From positions 141,053 through 205,052 of the forward strand of contig OZ025760.1 of assembly GCA_964019335.1 (NCBI GenBank): 64,000 nt of DNA. Direction: 5' to 3'. The notes below the pieces were generated by a model that ran no database searches, was not told the origin of the DNA, and saw only the letters and a program-made list of their open reading frames with translations. This document shows positions 56,901-64,000 of the stretch, in pieces. The DNA comes from Diplonema japonicum. Lineage: Eukaryota; Protista; Euglenozoa: Diplonemea. Every line of letters begins with the position of its first letter. Positions within the stretch are counted from its first letter, which is position 1. A program made the translations under genes and the position numbers.

Positions 56901-57203
56901 AGATCCTTGTCTTTGAGGATAGCCTTGTTGGCCTGCTTGTTGTGGGGGGTAGCCTTGCTGACTCGACTGCATTTGTTGTTGTGGTTGTTGGTATCTACTG
57001 GGGTACGAGGAGGGCATCTGGCTTCGCTGGCTCCCTTGGCTCGCAGGTGCGGGGGGGTATCCTTGAGGCTGTGCGCTGGTTTGGCTCCCTTGCCTTTCAG
57101 GGTAGCCCCCTTGGCTTCCTTGCCTTTCAGGGTACCCCCCTTGGCTCCCGTAGCCTGTCTGGCTTCCCGGCTTTTCGGGGTACGTAGGGTGGGAGTTGCT
57201 CAT
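53994..57203 (-). CDS. Membrane pyrophosphatase paralog with degenerate active site and Q/G/S/Y/P-rich N-terminus (putative pseudoenzyme)
   Basis: Uninterrupted 1069-aa ORF collinear with the neighbouring PPase across the TM helices. The catalytic acidic motifs are substituted. Confidence 0.88.
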   Translation of the reverse strand: MSNSHPTYPEKPGSQTGYGSQGGYPERQGSQGGYPERQGSQTSAQPQGYPPAPASQGSQRSQMPSSYPSRYQQPQQQMQSSQQGYPPQQAGQQGYPQRQGSMSGSQRQGSPTAHGMENKPPVAPNGVPYRQEGQPQGSPYKQESPYKQDGQMQGSHFRQQPGHVQQWPQPQDQQGYPGAQPYPNEEVVDWANASPFEDENDLKKRKKNKSSDPWNQNKERYTWYQIVLVMVAVQLSLGALICVFFAYKWDKDGFRRTDNYHPNAASLNNRHWTDYNPFLQDKGFLLGGQPVSCIQTTNFKEQYPTDWACEYNIPYTATMAAICTGFTGLAVICVHHVLIRYRPKGTDNMARSADTIRRKFLEYIKKMLPYILVITGVVWILIYIIVDYRDNPQEMPSGAMSFFVGVLIALLNALLNGLAAYEGSSRAAAACYSSDEKGVRRGLKIIHRAAGCMGIGVLATVCATIPSIYNIFGNVVSLAGFALGGSVVTVFMRIGGSVYAKAGEIGTDISEKREVAFSQYPSKNPGMLTYIAGQNLSSVIGVGCDLFDSAAGALVSAAVLGASEFGDDGVALPFYLLMLSVGVNTFCSLYVRGLKGKNNTQPSVFKLNRNLRVNMWVANILYACIALLLCLGLFNDIGNTLDDRPGSSDDQDYPGPRLWGCVMLGTTAGIISELITEHFSSYFEHPTQSIAKASEYGTSLVILQGIGMGMYCTTVPTLALIGAMSGANYLAGFYGISIAALGLLTSSSIASTTSGLYSISHNAKMIAVISNLPGYVKENAETLESLGIAATSTAASMSHGSAAFTSIAMVCAFTRVAAIDDIQVVKPVVLLGIFLGALAPFAVSSLTMMSVVKTVKRVVNEVQAQVRKNPDMLIVNGQTRPNYRKLAKLVQSAAVKSVIYPILIVFFVPAAVGFGLGSHALVGFLVSCIACGYLLGMFMSIFGIAVKSAKKYIESGRLVINRQLHDTTSASHTSLCTAEVVGSPLKDAAGPSLNILSKCMAYVSFILAPRFADDMEFWDRGVIVVSCLILLAILLEFTVLKEKKPKDYDEEDTEEDEAPPGDNVLVDED

Positions 57204-57245
57204 TTTCTTTTGAGAGAGAGTGTGAATAAAGAAATTAAATCAAAT

Positions 57246-57282
<37 letters not shown>

Positions 57283-57839
57283 TGCCCACACGCACGCGAG
57301 ACTGTAAAACAAGAGGCACACGGGGAGGGATGCAAAAAAAAAGGGGGGGAGGGGAGGGGAGGGGGAATGAGTAGAGCACCTACGTTCCCTCGCCTGTTTG
57401 GTGTGTTGTGTGTTTTTTTTATTGAGCCCCCTCGTTACGCAATATATAAAAAAGAATGGAATGAAAAAAGAAGAATAAAGGGGGGGGGGAAGAAAAAGGA
57501 TGGTGGGAAAAAAAAAAACAAATGAAAAAAAATAGTAATAACTAGTAGAAGGAGCGGAGAACGGGGGAGGCGGGGGCGTTTTTTTTATTTCTCTTTTTGA
57601 CCTGGGCTCCTTCAGTGCTTTTTTTTGGGGGGGGGATACACTGGTTTTTCTCTTTCTGGGGTAGAACTCATACTACAACGGTTTCCCCTCAAACTACTGT
57701 TTTTTTTTTTTTTTTTTTAAAACGCGCGAGTGGGTGTAAAAGGCAACAATTTTACAACTGGCTGAAAAGAATAAATAAAAAAAAGGTGTCTTTGAAGGGA
57801 ACCTGCAGTATGTGACAGGATCGCCTAACGACAATCAAC

Positions 57840-60800
57840 TCATCTAGTGTTTGATCCCTTCTGTCGTGGTAGTGCCTTAGGCCCGTCGTAGTATCTCATC
57901 AGCAGCTTGGGCGTGAAACCAACTAGCGAGTTGTTGAGGATGCAATGCGTTCGCATTTGTTCCTCTAGGATCGAGTGGGTGACCTTCGGGGACGCGAAGA
58001 TCGGACGAGTGGAGTATCCAGTGACGGCATGGCTGTGGAGCCCTAGGGTGCGTAGTGAGTGTACTGACTTCATAGTTTTTGCCGGAATCAGATGATTCCC
58101 CGTCCCTTTTAGATGGATCCTTTCTAAGACGCTGAGAATCCTGCCGAGCTTTCTCGCCCAGCATGCTATGTCTTCACCACCCATGTGGAGCCTTTCCGTT
58201 GCAATGAGGTCGACCGCCAGTTCCGCTTTAGAAACTTGCCCGCCGTCCTCGCCCCATTTTAGGGCCTTTAACCAGTTGAGGACAAATGGGATTAGGCCTG
58301 GGAAGTATTTCTTCTGCAGCCCATGCTCGTGGTACCAAGGGAGAGGTTTCGGGGTTAAGAGGTTCCCCGGTCGGAATGGTCTATTCCAGAAATGCTGTTT
58401 GGAGTACCTGACCTGCTTGTCGGCGTGCAAGTTCTCGAGCTTGCCTGCCACTTCTGCTAGCATCAGGTGGAGCTCCTTGACCCTCGATAGGCTGATGTCC
58501 AAGTCCGAGGTAATGATGCCGTGTACGCGGGTGCAGATTGGCCAGTTGATGTGCTCTTGCACCAGCCATTCGCGGTCGGCGTTGGCCGTTCTAAAACCGG
58601 TGTGTGCCGGGCAGTGCCAAATTGTATGCTGCAGGAGGTCGCTGGTCCCGCCCCTAATGTCGAAGGGTGCGTCACACCCAAGGCATTTCGTTCGCGTGCC
58701 ATCCATGTCGCCGTAGGCTCTAGGGTGCAGTGGAAGGATGGCGCCAGTAACGGCACAGAGGATTCTCCTCGCTTTCTGCGGGTTGGTGATCGCCACCTCG
58801 TTGTGTAGGACGTTCGTCTTCCTCTCGTCCACTCCTGTTTCGATTCCTTTGAAAGTGTCCCGCTCTTCGGCGAGCTCGCCCCGCAGTTTTTCTTTCAACC
58901 GCGCCCTGACCTCGTGTTTCAGGTGTGGCATGCCCCGTGGCAACTCCTTTACGAAGTCCTTCCATCTCGTCCCGATTTCACGCAGCCATATTTCTGCATT
59001 GCCAAATGGTCCTTTCGAAAGTGACGGCGTTCCATCTCGCTCCTTTGCGTACTTGTAAGTTTCCCAGCCCGACACGAATAGGGACTTGTTCGACTGTCGT
59101 GTGCACAGGCGACCTAGGGTCGAAATGGCTTTATAGACCACCGAAGAGTAAGGGTCTAGGGTGTGTCCTTTGTAGGCAATCCCTAGCAGTGCACTGGCGG
59201 AACGCATCGGGTTGCGTGCACCCCAGATGCATGACGTGATTTGCTTCTTCATCTTCACCAGCCAAGAGTCTGGGATTGGGTCGAAGAGGACGCCGTAGAA
59301 GGCGGACGGTAGGATGTTCTCTGCGATGATCTGTACCTTGCGGTTGTGGTAAAGTCTCGTTGCTGCGAGGCGCTCGATTTCTGCAATTGCCTTGCGGGCT
59401 CTCGTGTTCTCTCTTCTACAAGGCTGGAAATAGACCAGTACCCCTAGGATCTGTAGTTTGCAGGACGTGTCGAAGGTCTCCCCGTGCAGCTGTACGTTGC
59501 CGCAGTACTTGGGCTTCGTTCCAAACGACTTAGTTTTCTTCGGGTGGATAGTCATCCCTGTGAGCTTGCAGAGGGTGCCAAGCAGGTTAACGGAGCGTTG
59601 CACCGCGGCCTCCGAGGTAGCTGACGTGAAGTTTAGGTCGTCTGCATACGACACAGGATGGGCGTTTCTAGGGTTCGCCGTGCATTTCTTGGTGAATATA
59701 GCGAGGATCGCGTTGATGAAGACCGGTGATATTGGACAACCCTGGAGAATTCCATTCGTGGTTCTGAACGGTGCGCCCACCCCCATAGGGAAACGCAAAC
59801 GACGAATTAGGTCTGAGTAGATGGATTTTATCGGTCTCAGGATAAGTTGGCTGAGGCCTAAACGCTCCACTAAATCGAACGTAAGCGCATGGGGGATCGA
59901 GTCGAAGCATTTCTTGAAGTCAACCGAGAGGCCATAGAGGTGCTTACCTGATATTTTCGCCGTCTCTACACTAGTGCAGACTCGGGCGAGGAGATCGTCA
60001 GTGCTGTGTTTCGGCCTGAAACCGAATTGGAGAGGGGTGATCCACGCCTCTTGCCACTCGAGGATCGCGGGTAGTCTAGCGCCTGCCCAGAGTCGGTAGA
60101 ACGCACTCGATACCGTGATCGGGCGGTGTTCCAGCGGTTCTTCGGACTCCCCTTTCGGGATCATCGTTACAAGCGCCGTGAGGACTGCCTTGGGCCATCG
60201 TCCCCCTTCCTCTATCCATTCGTACAGATAGACGAAACCCTCCAGTAGTGCGTCTGGTAAATGTGCGAGTTCACAAAGCCTCCAACCGTCGATCCCTGCA
60301 CACTCCTGCTTCTCCTTTTTTTTCAGGACTACCCGTAGATCGTCCAGAGTGAGCGAGAGGTCCACCATCGGGTGGTGGGAGATCTGCGTCCCAAACGCTT
60401 CTTCAAAAGAGTCGTAGCGCGGTTCGGGATGTTCTTCGTATTTGCGAAAGATGTGGCGCCACGCCGACCTGAAAGCTAGGTCGATCTCTTCAACTGAGGT
60501 CGAGATGGCTCCGTTGGTGTTTGCTGCTACCAGCTCTCTCTCGGGCCTATCTGCTACGAACTGCATGATTGCGCTCCGATTCACCGAGAAGCCTGAATTT
60601 AGCTCCCTCCGTGCTTTTATACTGCGCTGGATCTTCGAGGCAATGTCCATGTCCCGTTGTAATGCTGTCACCTTCCTCTTCACCAGGTCCGCCTCCCTGG
60701 AGATGTTGCCATGGGAAAAAGTCTCAGGGTGAACCTTTAAGACATTGATGGCTCTCGCCTTCATCTTGTCCCACCCTTTACGTAGGTCATAGGGCAGGGC

Positions 60801-62048
60801 AGGGTCTTTCAACATCTGAACTCTCCGTAAAATGGCGGATGCACTTTTTCGGATTTTCTCGAGGGTTAAGTATTTCTTGGATACGGCACCAAAGCTGTTC
60901 TCCGTGGATGGGGCTGCGGTCCTCCGCAAGCTGGGTGAGTTTACTTCGCCTCTGCCTGAGAAAATCGAGTTTCCCAATTGTGTAGTCCCCCTCAAGAGGT
61001 GTTTTTCACAAGTTGTAGAGAGCGCTAAGAAAGCGGCGTCTAGATCTCCGGTGTCCTTCAGGGCCCTCAAAGTTGGGAGAATATCACTGTGCGGTGTACG
61101 GTCTCGGGAGTCCCGGAGAGGGATGATCATCCTGGGCAGATGGTATTGGAGCGAGGGCTCGTGGAATTTTGGGATATCAATCGAGATTTTAAGTGCGTGG
61201 TGGGAGGGGACGCCGATGTCGAAGGTCTGGCAGTCTCTTAGAGCCATCGACGCCGTTGCGTTCATCAGGATGTAGTCTGGCCTGGTTTTCGCCGTTGCCG
61301 TGACGAAGGAGGGAGGGGTCTGTGTACCACGTAGGCGTGAGACCTTGTCCGAGGCGTCTGTCCAATGCTGTGCAAGGGCGTGCGAAAGCACCGGGGAGTC
61401 CTGAATGGTAGTATTAAAATCTCCCGTTACGATGACCGGAACGTCCCCCAGTTGCGTAGTTTTCCGTAGTGTGTCGTCAATCAGTGCTTCCCTGTTTCTT
61501 TTGGCGTGATTACTGCCGTCGTTAACCTGGCAGTAGAGGGTGATGACGTGTAACCAATCCCGTTTCCCCACTGCGACTCTTACGTGAACTCTGCGTGTGT
61601 TGGTGCCGTGGTCTTCGAAAAGAGAAGTCTCCTTCCTCGCAGTCAGCCGCTTGTTCACAATAATTCCCACTCCTCCTCTTTGGGCGATCGAGGGGGACTC
61701 AGCATCCTTGGATATCTTCCCCTGTTGCGGGGGTCCCCAGAAGAGACGGTGTTCTTTCAGGAAAGCGTCACGTTTTGTTTCTTCGTTCACCATCCACTGA
61801 CCAGCTTGCGTTAGAGCCGTCTCCTGGAGGCAGATCAAGTCAAATGATTGTAGTTTGATCCTATTCAGATGGTTCGGGAGGTTCGTGACGTTCACCGAAA
61901 TAAGAGAGAGCTCCCTCTTGTTCTCCACTTCGGGTCCAGGATTCGGATGGATGTCACCGTGGGTCATGAGTCGTTTTCTCGCTTCGCGCGCGATAGATCG
62001 TTTCGACCTCTTCAAAATGAGGAAATGTGCCCGTGGAAGGTGGATCAT
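57840..62048 (-). CDS. Element B ORF2: 2A-like peptide, APE endonuclease, reverse transcriptase, CCHC knuckle
   Basis: GDIHPNPGP; CLQET, TGDFN, TRPDYI, PSHHAL; HRPITV, QFGFR, DFKKCFD, ILQGCPISP, YADDL; CLGC...HTIWHC. Confidence 0.95.
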   Translation of the reverse strand: MIHLPRAHFLILKRSKRSIAREARKRLMTHGDIHPNPGPEVENKRELSLISVNVTNLPNHLNRIKLQSFDLICLQETALTQAGQWMVNEETKRDAFLKEHRLFWGPPQQGKISKDAESPSIAQRGGVGIIVNKRLTARKETSLFEDHGTNTRRVHVRVAVGKRDWLHVITLYCQVNDGSNHAKRNREALIDDTLRKTTQLGDVPVIVTGDFNTTIQDSPVLSHALAQHWTDASDKVSRLRGTQTPPSFVTATAKTRPDYILMNATASMALRDCQTFDIGVPSHHALKISIDIPKFHEPSLQYHLPRMIIPLRDSRDRTPHSDILPTLRALKDTGDLDAAFLALSTTCEKHLLRGTTQLGNSIFSGRGEVNSPSLRRTAAPSTENSFGAVSKKYLTLEKIRKSASAILRRVQMLKDPALPYDLRKGWDKMKARAINVLKVHPETFSHGNISREADLVKRKVTALQRDMDIASKIQRSIKARRELNSGFSVNRSAIMQFVADRPERELVAANTNGAISTSVEEIDLAFRSAWRHIFRKYEEHPEPRYDSFEEAFGTQISHHPMVDLSLTLDDLRVVLKKKEKQECAGIDGWRLCELAHLPDALLEGFVYLYEWIEEGGRWPKAVLTALVTMIPKGESEEPLEHRPITVSSAFYRLWAGARLPAILEWQEAWITPLQFGFRPKHSTDDLLARVCTSVETAKISGKHLYGLSVDFKKCFDSIPHALTFDLVERLGLSQLILRPIKSIYSDLIRRLRFPMGVGAPFRTTNGILQGCPISPVFINAILAIFTKKCTANPRNAHPVSYADDLNFTSATSEAAVQRSVNLLGTLCKLTGMTIHPKKTKSFGTKPKYCGNVQLHGETFDTSCKLQILGVLVYFQPCRRENTRARKAIAEIERLAATRLYHNRKVQIIAENILPSAFYGVLFDPIPDSWLVKMKKQITSCIWGARNPMRSASALLGIAYKGHTLDPYSSVVYKAISTLGRLCTRQSNKSLFVSGWETYKYAKERDGTPSLSKGPFGNAEIWLREIGTRWKDFVKELPRGMPHLKHEVRARLKEKLRGELAEERDTFKGIETGVDERKTNVLHNEVAITNPQKARRILCAVTGAILPLHPRAYGDMDGTRTKCLGCDAPFDIRGGTSDLLQHTIWHCPAHTGFRTANADREWLVQEHINWPICTRVHGIITSDLDISLSRVKELHLMLAEVAGKLENLHADKQVRYSKQHFWNRPFRPGNLLTPKPLPWYHEHGLQKKYFPGLIPFVLNWLKALKWGEDGGQVSKAELAVDLIATERLHMGGEDIACWARKLGRILSVLERIHLKGTGNHLIPAKTMKSVHSLRTLGLHSHAVTGYSTRPIFASPKVTHSILEEQMRTHCILNNSLVGFTPKLLMRYYDGPKALPRQKGSNTR

Positions 62049-62222
62049 TGTTAAGGAGTAGATCAGGAGGTTGTTCCTGGATGGTGAGCCGAGCCAGTCG
62101 CAAACGAAAGGGGCGAAGGGGGTTGGCGTGGCCGAAGAAGTTAGGAGGTCAATGAGTGAAAGAATGATGATAATGGTAATGGGGAGGGATATGACTGCCC
62201 CGCAGAACTTCAGTGCCTCCTG

Positions 62223-63815
62223 TCAGATCTTCTGGTTTTTGGGGCTTGGTGTCGCCTGCGAGTGGGTTTCCGACTCCCCTCTTTTCCTCGAACTCTCGGC
62301 GTTGGCCGCCTCCACACGTGCTTTTTCTTGTGCCGCCCATGAACTGGGGAACTCCGCCTCCGACAGCTTCACCCTCTGTTGCTTCCCTTTGAAGGTCCTC
62401 TCCCTTCTGTCGGGTGTGTCCTCTCGGGTCCAATCCCTGATTACGAGGGAGTGTCGCTTCTCCCCTCTCGCAATGAGCCTGGCCGTAGGGGGGTTGGTTG
62501 CACGTATGAGCCACTTCGACGCACCCAACTTGTCCATGTGGTTAATAACCCACCCACAACCGGCCAGGTCGACTCTCAAGTCGCACTCGTGTTCGCAGTT
62601 CAGACACCCTTCCAGAATGTATTTTTCGCCTGTCTTCTGCGCCGGAAGTAGGATGGGGTTGACCCTGGCCAGGACTTCCTTGCGGTCCGCACCTCTCGGT
62701 AGCATGAGGGCTAATCCGATTGGCGTCACGGTAAGGGAGGTGCCCAGCGACGCGGTGGGGACGTCGGCCGCCCTGATCCCTTTCTTCAGCTGGATGACTT
62801 CCAGTCGGTCTCTCGCGAACGCGTGCGTCCAGAAAACGCCCTGGTCTCCCGAAGCTGCTAACAGTCTCATCGCGAGTTCAGGGTCTACACGTACGAGGGC
62901 GGAGGCTGTCTTGTTCTCTGTGGATCGGTCTATCCTGAAGACGGCATTCGGTAAGACCTTGAAGAGTCTCTCCTTGTCGCGTGCCGCTAGTAGTGCCATC
63001 CTTTTAATGGCGTTGCCGTCCGCTGTGCGTTTCCACTGTGCTGCTGAGCAGTGGTCCTTCGCAATCACCGCTTTGAGTATCGTTGTCCTGTTGTTGTCCT
63101 CCTTGGGAGGGGCGTCCATTGCTTGTGGGAGCACCTCGATCCCAGTGACCCAGGTCCGAATGATCCCTCTCGTCGTGGGGGAGTCTGACTCAGTGCCACC
63201 CACGAATGGCTTGGTGCAGATGATTTTGAAATCAAGGCCGAGCGCCTTGAGACGAGAGGAGAGTTGGACCGGGTCCGAGGGGTTGAAGTAGATACCAGCC
63301 GTGAGCTGGTCGGGAACCACGTTGTGGATCTGCTGGGCTCCCCAGTGTTGCTGTACCAGTGCCAAGGGGGGTTTAACAGGGGCAGGTCTGCTCGTCCAAT
63401 TGGTGGCCACCCCGAGGTATGTCTTGGTGCTTCCTCTTGTCTCCTTCCTCGGGGGTGTCCTCTTCGATTGTTGCTGCTGCTGCTGGGCCAGTTGTCCCTT
63501 CGATTGTTGCTGCTGGCGCGGTTGCCCCTTTGCCTGTTGGTTTTGGAGCTGCTGCTGGAATTGCTGGGGTTGACCCTTCGGTTGGTAAGTCTGTGGAGGT
63601 TGTTGCTGAGCAAATGACTGTTGGGGTTGCGGCGGGGGCTGGTATTGTTGCAGAGCTGGCTGTTGCTGCAGGGTGGGCTGTTGAGGGGAGGCCTGTGCCT
63701 TTTCAACCAACTGTAAGATGCAGCTTAGTGTGGTCAGCACCAGGCTCCTGTTTTCCTCAGAGAGGTCACCCACTAGCAGGCTCTGTGCCCTCTGGACCAG
63801 ATGATGGGGGTCCAT
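62223..63815 (-). CDS. Element B ORF1 (Q-rich N-terminus)
   Basis: 530-aa ORF directly upstream of ORF2. Shares GW...WLIRATNPPT with element A ORF1. Confidence 0.85.
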   Translation of the reverse strand: MDPHHLVQRAQSLLVGDLSEENRSLVLTTLSCILQLVEKAQASPQQPTLQQQPALQQYQPPPQPQQSFAQQQPPQTYQPKGQPQQFQQQLQNQQAKGQPRQQQQSKGQLAQQQQQQSKRTPPRKETRGSTKTYLGVATNWTSRPAPVKPPLALVQQHWGAQQIHNVVPDQLTAGIYFNPSDPVQLSSRLKALGLDFKIICTKPFVGGTESDSPTTRGIIRTWVTGIEVLPQAMDAPPKEDNNRTTILKAVIAKDHCSAAQWKRTADGNAIKRMALLAARDKERLFKVLPNAVFRIDRSTENKTASALVRVDPELAMRLLAASGDQGVFWTHAFARDRLEVIQLKKGIRAADVPTASLGTSLTVTPIGLALMLPRGADRKEVLARVNPILLPAQKTGEKYILEGCLNCEHECDLRVDLAGCGWVINHMDKLGASKWLIRATNPPTARLIARGEKRHSLVIRDWTREDTPDRRERTFKGKQQRVKLSEAEFPSSWAAQEKARVEAANAESSRKRGESETHSQATPSPKNQKI

Positions 63816-64000
63816 AGTCTTCGTCTGTGGGGGGGGAATAAAACTGACTTTATAAGAAACTCGCTCTCTTGTCTACCGATCACTATAAACTCTCGTGCTC
63901 CTTCTGACAAACTTTTCACGTATTCCGACTTTTCACTGATTTGCTGATACTGATATTGAAACTGATACTGATACTTTACTATCACCACTCTGTGCTCCGT

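Larger units (their letters stand above)
57800..64000 (-). mobile_element. Apparently intact APE-type non-LTR retrotransposon (element B); the 5' end may lie beyond the window
   Basis: Uninterrupted ORF1 and ORF2, with homopolymer-free composition unlike the flanks. No poly(A) tail or TSD identified. Confidence 0.92.

Noticed and set aside
23558-57203. Acidocalcisome gene cluster (IP3R plus PPase)
   Set aside because: The genes are about 18 kb apart with unrelated genes between them, and the PPase lacks VP1-type signatures.
62071-63291. 406-aa plus-strand ORF antisense to retroelement ORF1
   Set aside because: Starts at TTG, has no motifs, and mirrors the ORF1 codon frame. It is explainable as a shadow ORF.

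Overview
This is eukaryotic protist DNA, most consistent with a euglenozoan such as a diplonemid (inference). The supporting signs are a mitochondrial HslU, a kinetoplastid-style WW protein and a one-strand gene cluster, but with real cis-introns. All recognisable host genes and both retroelements lie on the minus strand, separated by spacers that are mosaics of A, T, G and C homopolymers. Host genes: EF-hand/cNMP-gated K+ channel, HslU, Prp3, a small basic winged-helix-like protein, a WW protein, a NEF1-like membrane protein, an IP3 receptor, an MSS51/ZMYND15-like protein, a receptor-like MAP3K, a coiled-coil protein, a DUF2905-like membrane protein, a zinc-finger-fused carboxylic-acid-reductase-like NRPS, carnosine N-methyltransferase, and a tandem pair of membrane pyrophosphatases. 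Mobile DNA: two related APE-RT non-LTR retrotransposons (one decayed, one intact), a decayed pogo-type transposase and several TA-flanked MITE/foldback elements. Three observations stand out. (1) An intact membrane PPase with Na+-pump-type signatures sits beside a full-length paralog that has lost most PPi-hydrolysis residues but kept the ion-gate residues. (2) Fourteen tiny GT-AG introns have poly(A) rather than polypyrimidine 3' tracts and cluster toward gene 3' ends. (3) In the retrotransposons ORF1 and ORF2 are in frame across UGA-C stops and are followed by a 2A-like peptide, suggesting readthrough plus StopGo recoding. All calls come from reading motifs by eye; no searches were run.
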